Shown: one piece after another, positions 43,786-58,930 of the stretch
Layout of the letters: every line of letters begins with the position of its first letter
Numbering within the stretch: the first letter of the stretch is position 1
From: Octopus vulgaris
Taxonomy: Eukaryota
Assembly (NCBI GenBank): GCA_951406725.2
Contig: OX597818.1
Span: forward strand, 83,142,001-83,206,000
Length of the DNA stretch: 64,000 nucleotides
Direction of reading: 5' to 3'
Made by a program: the position numbers and the translations under genes
Notes under the pieces: generated by a model
Seen by the model: the letters and a program-made list of their open reading frames with translations, nothing else
The model's database searches: none
Told to the model about the DNA's origin: nothing

Positions 43786-44003
43786 TGTTTTCTATCAGCC
43801 ATATGCTTATTAAAAAAATTTTATTTCATGAAACTCTTTGAATTTTGGATGGGATATTGTACCGTCTTTTTATGCAAATATTCATGATGTTGTGATCCTA
43901 AGTGTAACTCTCTAACCATCAACGTCCACGCATTCACACACACACGTCCGCTCGAACACACACGCACACACACCCATATACGTACACACACACACCCATA
44001 TAT

Positions 44004-44053
<50 letters not shown>

Positions 44054-44196
44054 GAGCATCTCTCTAAGAGGTCAACACGGTAGTTGTACTAACTTAAGGT
44101 TAAAAATCGCAAAGTCCGTTGGAACGGGCAGCCATGTTGAAGTGGCTACGAACAGTACTTATACAAACATACACATACACGCGCACGCACACGCAT

Positions 44197-44230
<34 letters not shown>

Positions 44231-44306
44231 GTATGTTCATGTTAACAGGAACATTGCCTTCCGTTCGTACGGACAGCCATGTTGAAATAGCTACAAACAT
44301 TACACA

Positions 44307-44408
<102 letters not shown>

Positions 44409-45744
44409 ATAGGTGTCCATGCTTACTGGAAAAATGTGATTCAAAATACGGGTATATATATATTTTCATTAATACTTAGCAGAAGTAACAGAGTAGTCTG
44501 AAAGTTTCATGCGTTTGCACTTATCTAAGCTCTGCTATATATATATAAATATATATATATATATCTGAAATTGCTCTGTCGGACCGGTTTACAGGTTCAC
44601 CTCGCAATAATACGACCTCAGATAAATCTCATTATGAGGATACCTGGGAGAAGACCCAAGTTTCTTTTCATCGGGTCAACCTCTGACTTTTGAATCAAAT
44701 TGGATAAAAGAAAACGGTATAGAATCCCATCAGATATTGAACCTATATTTTTCAAAGGTCCAGTCTCGGCTTGCTGTGTCACGTGGCTCCTGTCAGTGAG
44801 TTGTATCATAAGGTGTACACAACTTTAATGCGGGTAGGTAGACCTTTATTCGCTGATTTTTGTCGTTCATTTGATCGAGAAATTGAGAAGCCATTGACTG
44901 TCATTCTCAGAGGATACTTTTTCATTCTATAAATGTCTTACACATACATGCACATACACACACACGTACTCGCGCGCGCATAAACACACACATACACGCA
45001 CGTCCGTACGCACATAGAGACAAACGCAGACAGATGCACACATGAATGGTTCAGGAAAGGAACACGTGTACAGACGCACAGACATACACGCAAACGCATG
45101 TATACATATACAGAGAATAATTGAGAGAAAAGGAAAAAGAGAGACAGAGAGAACCGACAGAGAGGGAGGAAAAGGGAGAAGGACAGAGGTAGAGAAATAG
45201 AGAGTGACATAGACATAGACAGAAGGGGACAGAGAGAGAACGAGAGGTAGAAAGACAGCAGTAGAGTGAAAGAGAGACAGAGAAATAGGAAGACAGAAAC
45301 AGAACGAGAGAAGTAAATTAATGTTTATGGATAAGAACAAACATTTCATACAGACAGCCAAAGGGGAGGGAGAAAGGCAGCAGCAGAGTGAAGGAGAGAG
45401 AAAGAGAGTGATAGAGAAAGAGAGGGAGAGATAGAACATGAATGACGGAGAGAGAAAGAGTGAGAAAAAAAAGAGAAAGATTAGTGTATATATATTTCTT
45501 TACTACCCACAAGGGGCTAAACACAGAGAGGACAAACAAGATTAGTGGATATAGATATGGACGAACATCTCCCATACTAAGAATTGTATATCTTCGTATT
45601 CTGACGTCGCTTTATAAAGTCTTGGAGCAGTTGAAATTCTTGCACATTGCGTCAGTTTCAGCTAGATATCACGGAATAAGCAGCAGAAATTCTAATGAAA
45701 GAATAAGATAAAAATGTTCGATTTAATAGAAAAAAAATGTTTTT

Positions 45745-45900
45745 ATTGTACTTTTTATTTGGTTCAGTAATTAGATTAATGCGGCCATGCTGGGGCGCCG
45801 CCTTGAAGAGATTTGTAGTACTGATTTTTTTAAAAAGCTTGGTATTTATTCTATCGGTCTCTTTTGGTGAACTGCTAGTTTACCGAGACATAAACACACA
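45745..45900 (-). mobile_element. SINE family B, 3' fragment
   Basis: GCGGCCATGCTGGGGCGCCGCCTT..TATTCTATCGGTCTCTTTTG..TAAACACAC. Confidence 0.75.
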
Positions 45901-46219
45901 AGCAGCGGTCATATTCAGCCGACCGTCAAAGAATATGTGTTGCAATCTCCTAAATTTCAGTCTGTTTTACTTGAGCTTGGAATAGATAAAATAGGTGCTA
46001 GTTAAGTACTGCGGTTGATGGAACCAACTGAATGCTTCTTCAAACGGAAAGTTATTATTTGGCAGCTGTTCGGACTCAGATGATTTTGTACACCTGACTG
46101 GACATTCAGCGTGCTTTGGCAAAATGCACACAGGCGCGCGTAGAAATATACACATACAAATAGAGAGGGCTAGATAGATGGACAGATAGATAGATAGATA
46201 GATAGATAGATATATATAT

Positions 46220-46255
<36 letters not shown>

Positions 46256-46288
46256 TTACATAGATAGATAGATAGATAGATAGATAGG

Positions 46289-46321
<33 letters not shown>

Positions 46322-46609
46322 GGATAGATAGATAGATAGAGAAAGAGAGAGGGAGAGAGAGCGGAAGAGATAGAGAGATAGAGAGATTAAAAGCTGTTCA
46401 TTGAACACGACTGACATAAATACCTTCCTTCCGCACATATACATAACGTGAATTATGCTCACACACATAGATAGATAGATAGATAGAGAAGGAAAGAAAG
46501 AGAGAGACAGAGAGACAGAGAGAAGGTAGACAGACATACAGGAGTGAGCGAGAGGCGGTAAGGAGGAAGAGATCGCGAGAAACAAACTGTTTGACATCAA
46601 ATATGTCAG

Positions 46610-46830
46610 AGTTGGATTAGCGGCGCCAATAAGCGGCGCCAAATAATTTATGCCGAAATGTGTTATTCTCTTCACCGAATACGTGACGCTGCGCCAATGT
46701 TAGATATCAATATTGTGTTAGCTAAAGCACTTAACTATTTTGCAAAGACGCTGTGTATTCCAAACAGAAAGAGATATATTACGTAATTGTCTTCGTTCGC
46801 TAATTGATAAATGACTGACCTTGTCGGCAG
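46610..46830. promoter_or_regulatory. Candidate cis-regulatory island
   Basis: Unique CpG-containing block with tandem AGCGGCGCCAA (46619, 46632), CCAAT x2, ACGTGACG and TTACGTAA. Motif evidence only. Confidence 0.25.
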
Positions 46831-47801
46831 TTTGTTATTGTATAGGGAAGAGAGACAACGAGAGAAAATTAGATGGTAAATTCTAAGCTATACATTCTTC
46901 TTGGCAACACCAACATCCATAAATCAAACCTTGTTTCGAAAGCCACCTAAATAATAGCAGCAATCTCAACAAGTTCGGTAGACCTGCTAGAAGTAATAGC
47001 TATATCTATGAAGTCAGTCACAGCTGTCTTAAGAATGAGTTGTGCAGTGTAACCCCAACTTCTATTCACACACGGCAGGGTACAATTCTGATCAAATATC
47101 TGCTAAATTGGGCCTGATTTGGGAGCGTGACAATATGCAAAGCAGTTGTGAGATAACTGACATCAACTGCTATGGAAATCACTTTTGGACGGGTCCACTA
47201 ATTGGATGATAACATTAAGTAGAGAATATAACAATATACTGTTGGTGGTCAGTTACTAATTATTAGTAAACCAGTTGTTGACAAAATTTTTTTCAGTCCA
47301 TGAATAAGCTTACTAATTTGACACCTTTTGATTTTATTAAACTGGCTTAAGCAGACGACGAATGACATAGACCGTGACTATTTTCAGGTTCTCTTGAAGG
47401 GCGAGATGAAGGGAAGAAATTATTTTTCAAAAATGAGAGACATGAACTAAATCTAATAACTAAGAACAAAATGCAGTAAATTTATTTCAGGTGTGGCAAT
47501 AAAATTATATTCAACTCTTACGATACTTTCCATTAAAGTTCAACAGCTGTTTCAGAGTTGTTTAGGAAATGTGGAAAACATGAAATATACTATTCTACGC
47601 AGACACTAATAGACAAATCAAGATTTGTTGCAGATATTAGACTAGAACAGAGATTCAAGTTGGAAGATATAGTTACCGGGATGCTTGCCTTTGGCATTTT
47701 CAATAGCAATGAAAGCGATGGTATTTGGAAGTGGGTCAGGGATACTGACTTCTTAAGAATGTGTAACAGTGAAGAGTATTTACAAAGCTCGGACAATCCT
47801 C

Positions 47802-47833
<32 letters not shown>

Positions 47834-49145
47834 AGAGAGAGAGAGGAGTGAGGAAGAGAGAAAGGAGGAGTTAAGTGTGAGGGAAAGTGAATGAGGAATT
47901 TGCAGCAAATGTGCTGCTGTATGTGAAACTGTTAAGGTTGTAATGAGTAGGTAATATTCCCCAGCTGTTGATGTGAGGTCTTATTAATTCTTTTGCTTTT
48001 AACTGATTTCACTTTCCCGGCGACATGTTTCTGATTCGACAATCGGACATTATGTATCCTGCCGTGGATAGCATCAAATAGGCTTAAAGCGCCAGAGGGT
48101 CGTGAAGATGGCAGTATTGTGTAGCATATGTATGTATATATGTATGTAAGGTAGACAATGATGGTAAAGAAGTAAAACAAATGAGTAAGAGTACAGAGAT
48201 GACAGAGTGTTTGGTCGTTTGGAGATAAGTAAGGGATCGAAGGTGTTTGGAATTCCGCGTGCAGGAAATGTTTCATGTTCACAAAGTTGTGGATTGTAAA
48301 ACATTTGATTTTCACATCGATGAAACCAAATTATGAAAAATGAGAAATAAAGTGTTGATCAGTGACATTACCGAGGACGAGTACTTCGCAGATGGGCTAA
48401 GAGAGAAAGAGGGGTATTCCATAAGAAATGGGCACCTTCGATGAGTTACTGTTTGTCGGAGAAATTCAAGGATTAGCCGATATATATTATGAGGTAATGC
48501 TCAGAATATATCGAGAAAAGCAGTCGATCAACTACGAGAGTAAAAAATAATCTTAAAAAACAAACTACGTATCTTGTAATTACAGTTAACCAGGGGTTCC
48601 TGGCCGAAGTAATAATTTATTCCACCATTTATTAAGCTGAAAACTAGACCGTTTGTCAGTTGTCGCTGGGGATAATAACGTTTAAACAAGAAACGTTTTT
48701 AAAAAAGAAAATAAAACAGTTAACTACAAGGAAGAGAACCAACGTTACAATAATTCTATGTCAAGCACACGTAAACCAGATGTCAATGTTTGAGTAAGTG
48801 TCCGGTGACCTACTTTTAAATTCCGACATGATGTATTTCTTGAAATGCAGATATTCACAAAAAATGTCGTTCCTCAAATTCCGATATTCAACACAGGGTT
48901 CACTCACAGCCATTCTGCAGCAGTTAAAGAAAAGGACAACCTTACAGTAACTATTGGAGAATATTACCTACACGCACAGCTTTACATACATCAGCACATT
49001 TGCTCCTTAATCCTCACCATGGTATATTTATGTCTATGCATATGTATACATGCATATATATGTATGTATATATATATATATGTGTGTGTATGTGTGTGTG
49101 TGTGCGTGAGTGTGTGTATGAATATATATATAAATTAATATTTCA

Positions 49146-49199
<54 letters not shown>

Positions 49200-50104
49200 A
49201 CATACACACATACATGCGCTTACCAAATGTATGAATTACCTCATTCTTTCGCTTGTCCACTCACTGGCATTGCAAATTTACATATACATATACAATTACA
49301 CAGACCGAAAGAACTAAATCCATCTTAAGCTCCTTGAATACGTTCAGAAGGTCACTTCGTATGTCAGAGTACTTACGTACGTATACACGTGTCTCTACAT
49401 ATATGTGTTTAACATGCATATATGTGTTTATACATACATATATATATGTGCATATATATATATGTACGCATATATAGGTATATATGTACGTATGTATATG
49501 TACATATATGTACGTATGTGTTTGTAGATATATGTATATATATATATATGTACATATACATATTTATATGTACGCATATATATGTATATTTATGTATATA
49601 TATATATATATATATATATACATACATACGCATATATAGATACAAATATAAATACATACATATATATATGTTGTATGTGTTGTGTTGTGTATATATGTAT
49701 GTACGTGCACACAAACGTACGTACGAAGAGTAATGTCAGCACACCCTTCTTAGATTGTGAGCAAACCTCCAATAGATTTCCTTTACTCTACTTTCTTTCA
49801 TTTTGTTTTATGTTATTATAGTATGAAATAAGTTTTTCTCATGAAAATATCCACACCGTTTTGGTTTGTCGATGCCTGATAATTTGTCATCGTCGTGAAT
49901 ATTGCATGCATTAATATGCTTTGCCAACGGTCCGGCAGCTGTAATTTTCTCACCTTGTCTTTTGTTTTTATCTAGATTTCCCTTAGATGAGGAGGAGATT
50001 ATTGGCAGACCAACAGCAGGATTCAATCATTTATGATTTCGTGTCAGTTTAAGTACCTAGCAGATAGGTGAAGTGTTGCTGTTGTTATTGCTTATTGTTG
50101 ATGC

Positions 50105-50776
<672 letters not shown>

Positions 50777-51339
50777 CCCATACACACATTCATGCAAACA
50801 CATTCATGAAATGCGTTGTAGATATGGTTTTAATGGATAGACTAAGCTCATGTTCAACGGTAGATTGGTGCTTTTGTTGTGCTAGATACGTTGTAGACCT
50901 GGTGTCTCGCTGGACAATGTAAACGACAACACGCGCAAGTAGAAATATTTTCTATTCTTCTATATGGCATACTCTTTCCTTCCATCGGATCATGCGAAGA
51001 TAAAGAAGAAAACACAAACATTATTCAATACTTCGCAGTGCTGAATTCAATTCTATAGGAAAGGGACAGAGATATTAACACATTTGTTTATGAATATTAT
51101 ATAATAAGGATCGTGTTTTTAGCTATTGTGTCGACGAACTGCTTTCATATTGTCATTCAATGTGTTAGCCCTCCAAGAGAGAAACATTTCTATTAACAAA
51201 CTGCAGTATAAAAAAAAGAAGCATACGTGTCCTAAATTTTTCCTAGATGAAAGTATGATGAAAGGATCTTCATGTTCTTAGAACTTACATTTTTCCTTGT
51301 TTCATGAATATGTTGGGGCTGGGGACATCCCGGCTTAGT

Positions 51340-51980
51340 AGTCCTAGAAACGTCATAATGCGTAGAGCTGACCAGATCCACTAGTGCTCTCCATCACTAA
51401 CTGTCCCGTGCCAGCCCCTCCGCATCCTTCAATGTGGCGACGAGCATCCGGAGATACTCCCCAATCGTGTCCAGCCATCTGGTGCGGGGCCAACCACACG
51501 GCCTCTTCCAGCTCACAGCTGCTGCGTCAAATGAGAGTAAATCCCTGGTAAGATGATCTAGCGGGAAACAGGGCACATGTTCCTACCAGCGCAATCGACG
51601 GATAGGTAGGAGGTGGGTGGCTCCGAGATCATGCACGCACAGACGTAGTTCTTTGTTCGAAGCGTGATGGTATCATTTGATGTTCTCGATGGTTCTTAGA
51701 ACTTTGGTATCGAAGCTGTCGATCCTTAGTGATAGGGTCTTTGAGAGGTGCCATGCTTCTACACAATGGAGGAGAATGGAGACGGCTGAAAGTTGTAGTT
51801 GCAGGGCGTCGTTTTCCGGGAGATAGAGCAGTGGTGCCAAGGGGCTTCTGTAGAGTGTACATGACCGCGGTGGTCAGACCACATTTGCGGTTGGTCTCCG
51901 GGATCACACTGCATTGTTAGCAACTGTAGTGCCCACGCAGACGAAGGTAGATGACAAATTCCAGGAGGTTGAACACGGTT
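51340..51980 (-). mobile_element. RTE-clade LINE, C-terminal part of ORF (decayed)
   Basis: STFVCVGTTVANN (YLGS region), ILLHCVEAWHLSK..FDTKVLRTI..SNKELR..RRLRW*EHV..WKRPCGWPRTRWLDTI..ARDS**WRALV, matching the RTE motifs LLYGxETW, RLRWFGHV and RPRGRPRTRW. Confidence 0.85.
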
Positions 51981-52412
51981 TCATTATTTTTCTAGCGTAA
52001 CCTAAAGCTCGTTTTATTAAAATTAGTTGGTTTCCATAGGAATGAGACGGATGGGCGCTGTTTCTTGGATGCTGGGCATTTCGCAAAGGTGACTGGATTA
52101 TAAATCGGTTTTAGTGAGAGAGTACATTTTGAGGCATTCATACACTCACTCACATACATGTACATAAATGCGTACACAGAAGTATATGAATACAAAGGGA
52201 ATGAGAGATAGAGGAAGGGAGGAAGGCAGGGGGACTTCGAGAGAGAAGGAGAATTAGGAATAAAAAATACACATCAGTAAAATGCAGAGAACCTGAGAAA
52301 CGTGAAAACATAAGAAAAGCAATTAATCTCAAATGTCAGTATAGAATAAATTACGCCAAATAGGTGGCACTAAAGCTGATGCGCCGAAACGTCTCATGTC
52401 CATTTTCTGTCC

Positions 52413-52445
<33 letters not shown>

Positions 52446-52446
<1 letters not shown>

Positions 52447-52850
52447 AAGCTTGCTTCCCAACCACATGGTTCTGGGTTCATTCCCGCTGCGTGGCACCTT
52501 GGGCAAGTGTTTCTACTATAGCCTCGGGTCGACCAAAGCCCGAGTATATATATATATATATACTCTGTGAGTGGATTTGGTAGACGGAAACTGAAAGAAT
52601 CCCGTCGTATATATGCATATATATGTATATGTGTGTATATGTTTATGTGTCTGTGTTTGTCACCCCAACATCGCTTGATAACCGATGCTGGTGTGTTTAC
52701 GACTCAGTAACTTAGTGGTTCGGCAAAATATTCCGATAGAATAGGTACTAAGCTTACAAGGAATAAGTCCTGGGTTCTATTTGATCGACCAAGGGCGGTG
52801 CTCCGGCATGGACGCTGCGAAATGAGTGAAACAAGTAAAAAAGTAAAAGT
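52446..52850 (+). mobile_element. SINE family B
   Basis: AAGCTTGCTTCCCAACCACATGGTTCTGGGTTCATTCCC..GGCACCTTGGGCAAGTG..GGGCGGTGCTCCGGCATGG..GAAACAAGTAAAA. An extra (TA)n is inserted at 52545-52562. Confidence 0.9.
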
Positions 52851-52999
52851 GTGTACATATATATGCGTGTGTGTGTGTGTGTGTGTATACACAAATTTAT
52901 TCATGTAGATGTATACGCATACGCATAGGTATGTATATATGTATGCATGTATATATGTATGAATGAATGTGCGGCGTACAGTCGGATGCATATATCTGA

Positions 53000-53900
<901 letters not shown>

Positions 53901-53974
53901 TACATAAACGCATACGTAAATACACTCATACATGTATACTTATACAAGAATAAGGACACACTAAAAAAGCTTAC

Positions 53975-54110
53975 ATCTTTTACAACCGGGTGAACTGTAA
54001 CAACGAAAAATGAAGTATTTTACTGAAAAACACAACACACCACACAGCGCGAGCATCGAAATCACAATCATACGATCACGAGATTAACGCTGCAATCACT
54101 ACACCACTCA
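53975..54110 (-). mobile_element. Diverged SINE family C head
   Basis: GGTGAACTGTAACAACG..AAATGAAGT..CACAACAC..ATCGAAATCAC..TACGATCACGAG..CACTACACCAC is the reverse complement of the family C head. Confidence 0.5.
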
Positions 54111-54813
54111 CAGCAATAAACGTGGCATAAAATAATAAGTTAATTAGAACAATATATTGTGTTAATTATCCTGTTCATGTTATTCGACTTGTTCGTACTA
54201 TCTGGTTGTGTTATAACAACACCCTGGTAACGACGTTATTACGTTATCTCAGTTTATCATAAGCTATGTTAATATCACCTGCTTCAACTCCTTTCCACTT
54301 CTCTCTCTGTTTAGTCTTATCATCCATCATTGCTTGCACGTACACCGACACCGACACACACACTCACACACACATACACACACACGCACGCACACAAATG
54401 TACATATATCTTATATCTGTGTATCCGATATTGTAGCACATAATTATAATTAACGTATAATTATAATACCATTTAGCAAATAATTATAATCACGAAAGAA
54501 TTAATACAAAATATTATTTCATTTATATTTATAATTTCTCATAAAAAATATTATGTTTATCTCAATGAATTGCAGCCTAACTATTGAATTCATATTTAAA
54601 TATATAATTGTATTCAACGTTAATATTTCTTACTGAGATATCAAATGACATATGTCCAATAAATAAACACACGACAAAATTATATAGTAACAATAGTAAT
54701 TTTATAGGACAAATATATACGCGTAGTAAAAATGTAATTTATAAATTATATTCTTCATTGCATTAGAATGAAATACCATTCTTTTACAACATATGAAACA
54801 CACACACTGTGTC

Positions 54814-54865
<52 letters not shown>

Positions 54866-55320
54866 ATGAAAAGAAGAAGACAAAAATCTTTAACATATCT
54901 TTAATTATAAATTATACAGGTTTCCGTACCATCTCCATACGCAAAGCTAATTTACACGAAAATTATAAAAGAAAAATTACGTAATATATGCAGTTATAGG
55001 GATTGGAGAGTCATTTCTTCAGACTTCAGAAATCATGCTAATAAACTGTGCGTCTCTCAGACCTTGAGGTTACGAAAGTATCGAGAGGAAAAGGAAAAAA
55101 AAAAAAATAATAATAAATGTGTACGCGGGATGGGTCTGTAGCGAAGGAATTATGTGGTGGTGGGGAATGAAAAAGGTGGATATGCATAATGATAGATGAT
55201 AGGAGGGAGAATGAAAAGGAAGAGAGGAAAAAGAATAGTTGACAGAAAAGAATCGGAAGAAGGGAAGGAAGAAGCATTAGAAGAAGAAAAAGAAGAAAAG
55301 GAAGAATAAGAAGATGGAGA

Positions 55321-55451
55321 AGAAGAAGAAGAAGAAGAAGAAGAGAAGAAGAAGAAGAAGAAGAAGAAGAAGAAGAAGAAGAAGAAGAAGAAGAAGAAGA
55401 AGAAGAAGAAGAAGAAGAAGAAGAAGAAGAAGAAGAAGAAGAAGAAGAAGA
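55321..55451. repeat. (GAA)n microsatellite within a purine-rich tract
   Basis: Direct inspection. Confidence 0.95.
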
Positions 55452-55590
55452 AGGAGAAGATGAAGAAAAAGAAGGAGATGGAGGTGTGTTAAACTGTCCT
55501 GGCAGGGCCATTGTTACCAAGATTCGTCCGATGGAATAAGATGTATTTAACCACACAGAAGTGACATTAGTCTGCGACAGCCCACGCATA

Positions 55591-55628
<38 letters not shown>

Positions 55629-56055
55629 CAAACACCACTCGCACACACACACAAACACTTCCACACGCAACCCGCCCCCCACATACAGATACTTACAGAT
55701 ACACTCACATACGCACAGAGACAGAGAGACTCACAACATATATACGTAGGTATATAAACACATGCATCTATACTTCCATAACCACGCACACACACGCACA
55801 CACACACACACACATATATATGAATCCATACACACAGACACAGAAACACACTCTAACGATCGTGTTGGTATATCTGTACATTCATACAGACACCTATATA
55901 TGTACATAATACATACGCACACACATGTTCTAATTCGTGTTTGTATATGTGCTTGTATATATATGTACGTATTAACATGAACCGAGAGTGAGAAAAATAT
56001 ATATCCAGGTATATATGTGGATATAAATATGTGTGTGCGTGGGGGGTATTGTGTG

Positions 56056-56287
56056 TAAGTATATAATTATAAATATATAACTATAATTAAGGGCGCCGTA
56101 GGGCTAACGCCAATACACTAGAAATAGATGTCAGATGTCAATTGTCCATTCCTCTTCATTCAGCCTTGTGTTATAACAATAGAGAACAAACGTTAGAGTG
56201 GCTTGAAGACATTTGATATTACGAAAGTATTGGCGTTGGCCCTCGGGCGCCCTTAATTATAATTTTATATTTATAATCATATACTTA
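56056..56287. repeat. Imperfect inverted repeat (arms about 56056-56139 and 56207-56287)
   Basis: TATAATTAAGGGCGCCGTAGGGCTAACGCCAATAC versus GTATTGGCGTTGGCCCTCGGGCGCCCTTAATTATA. Confidence 0.75.
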
Positions 56288-56307
56288 ACATATATATGTA
56301 TATTCTG

Positions 56308-56500
56308 TTATTCTTTTACTTGTTTTAGCCATTTGACTGAGACCATGCTGCAGCACCACCTTCAGTCGAACAAATCGACCCAGGGACTTATTCTTTGTAA
56401 GCCTAGGACTTAATCTCTGCGTCTCCTAACTCGAATCGCTGTTACGGAAAAGTAAACACACCGACATTGGTTGTCAAGCGATGGTGGCGGAGTACAAACA
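56308..56500 (-). mobile_element. SINE family B, 3' half
   Basis: TTTTACTTGTTTTAGCCATTTGACTG..CCATGCTGCAGCACCACCTT..TCGACCCAGGGACTTATTC..GTTGTCAAGCGATGG. Confidence 0.8.
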
Positions 56501-56511
56501 CATATACACAA

Positions 56512-56560
<49 letters not shown>

Positions 56561-56894
56561 CTGTATACATAAGTATACATATATATATAGACACATACAC
56601 ACACATATGTGTGTATAGACATAAACATGTATATATATATATGTGTGTGTATATGTATATATGTATATATGTATGTATATGTATATATACATACATACAT
56701 AATATATATATATATATATATACTTATATGTACGCACACACATATACAGTCTCACGGATATACACCCATACACAGGTGTATATATATATCCAAACATTCA
56801 TACAGACCCACCCAGATACGGATATATTCATATGCACTTGCATTCACACTCTTATGTATATAAACAAAACATATATACATTGCTCACATAGCGC

Positions 56895-57085
56895 AATGGT
56901 GTTCGTCTCCGTTTTTGTGCTTTCATCCAAAATGGTGACGAACATCATTTCTTCATATGATCAAATTGAAAAATTGTTAAGATATTAATATATTTCCTAA
57001 CATGAAAACGATTGTAGCCTTAATACACAAATAAAGAAATTTAACCCGCCAATGCAGTGTTGAGCACTATTCCTTTTCTTCGACA
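56895..57085. repeat. Second copy of the 24-kb fold-back family, with a 21-bp inverted arm
   Basis: CCAAAATGG.GACGAACA.C..TAACATGAAA..CC.CCAA..GTGTTG.GCACT is shared with 24063-24215. Arms are 56895-56915 and 56929-56949 (18/21 match). Confidence 0.65.
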
Positions 57086-57099
57086 TTTACATACACACA

Positions 57100-57640
57100 T
57101 ACAGAGGCTGGGGTAAATATAGTGCCGTCTAAATTATGCAAAAATGAAAGTAACACTGACATCTCATTTTATCAGATTTATTTACCAAAATTACATAAAG
57201 ATATCTTGAAATACTAAAGTGTAAATTATTTCAATAAAATTGTCATTGGCTTCAACCACAGACTCCAGAAGACGTCGGAATCTCCAGCAACTCTTATGGA
57301 CGGGTTCCTTGTTGCTATAGTCCTTGCCCTCAATTCATCTTTGGTGTTAAAAGGAATTTTGTTGGTTTCTCGCTTAACTGCGCCCCACACATAATAGTGA
57401 AAGGGTTGCAGTCTGGGGACTTGGGTGGCCAGTGGCTAGGGGTGATGTGTTCGCAGAAATTGTCTGACAGCCATGATTGTGTTGTCCTGCTTGTGTGGCA
57501 TGCTGCAGAGTCCTGTTGCCAGATATACGACTTTCCACTCACTTGACCCAGGACAACACTATCTCCTCCAGGCACTTGATATAGGCCTCCGTGTCGAGTC
57601 TGAGGCCGTGTGGGAGACATAACATCGCCAACACCAAGCA
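57100..57640 (-). mobile_element. Decayed Tc1/mariner-superfamily transposase, C-terminal half plus right end
   Basis: SGKSYIWQQDSAACHTSRTTQSWLSDNFCEHITPSHWPPKSPDCNP contains the second Asp and the third-residue motif. TA+CAG terminus at about 57100. Confidence 0.85.
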
Positions 57641-57678
57641 CCCCCAAAATTTCGGGCGTTGTGCCTAGAGTAGAATAG

Positions 57679-57737
<59 letters not shown>

Positions 57738-58644
57738 CATACATACATCCACACATCCACACACACACATACACACGTACACACACATATTGTGTTCAAA
57801 GGAAACCCGAATACTGATGCTCACTTCATGATGACACTCAGCGTCGCTGCCAAAACTCAAGATCTTGTACTGACCACTAATTGCATAATTTGTCCTTTTA
57901 GTCATAGAGGATCGGATTTAATCCTAGGTGTCCCAATATATCTCTTTCTAATGAATATCCAGCAGCTGTTGTTGGTGCATATACCAGAATTTATAGAAAT
58001 CTAGTTATGATTTTTCACTGAGATTGTAGAGATTGATACGCCGTGGACATTATGTCCTTCAAGAGATCTACAGCAGCTTTATCAAAAAATAAACAGTTTT
58101 TTTTTTTTTTTGATGACACCCTCCTCTTTGCTGATAAAATTGGAGCTCGTACAGTTTTACGCAAAAGAATTTTGGCTCAATACCATGAAGAACCTCTGGT
58201 CAGAATACAAATGAAGTTTGAATTATTAACAAAATTTAGACAAATGGAATATAAAATTTTATCGATAGCCTCGTAGAATATACTACTGCACGTATGTTTT
58301 GAAAGAAGTTGTTTTACACAGGTAAATGCAAATGTCATTTTACGATAGGTGTAAGTGCATTAATGTTAACTGGATAAATGAACTACGAGGGATACTGAAG
58401 AGTTCCTGGCTTTAACAGTATCGCGAAAGGCCTGGTTGGAATCCCAACCCTCTTTTACATGTATTAGAAAAACTGAAGTGCCGCTGCAATAAGTGTGTGA
58501 ATCTGAGAGGTGAATATGTTGCATTAAACCACAATTAACTGATCCCCCTGTGTTCGCTTTTACCAAAAGCCAGGAATTTTTCAGCACGCACTCGTACAAA
58601 CATTTATTTTTTACATGTATTTTCTCTGTTTGTGACAATGTCGT

Positions 58645-58930
58645 TTTAGGTTCATTTCCAGTGTGTGGAACGTTTGGCAAAATACATTTACTATTGCTCC
58701 TTGTTGACCAGGAACTTTTTGTACAGTGGATCTGTGTGGATGATCATTGTATACGAGTTTGTTGTGTTCATATATGTTTCCAAACCTGTAACCTAGTGAT
58801 TTAGAAGAAGACAGAATAAATGCCAAATTTGATAGTGCTGATTATTTGTAACTAGAATCGATCTTTTTGACAAAACCAGTCAAACCAGCATGGTGTCAGT
58901 CTAATGACTAAAATAATAAGAAGAGTAAAG
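58645..58930 (+). mobile_element. Old SINE family B copy
   Basis: GGTTCATTTCCAGTGTGTGGAACGTTTGGCAA..CCAGCATGG..GTCTAATGACT..AAGAGTAAA. Confidence 0.55.

Noticed and set aside
48018-48050. Minus-strand stem plus GAAACATGTC (hammerhead 3' half)
   Set aside because: No CUGANGA box upstream.
52377-52394. CTGATGCGCCGAAACGTC hammerhead-like string
   Set aside because: A9 is substituted, there is no stem II, and stem I does not pair.
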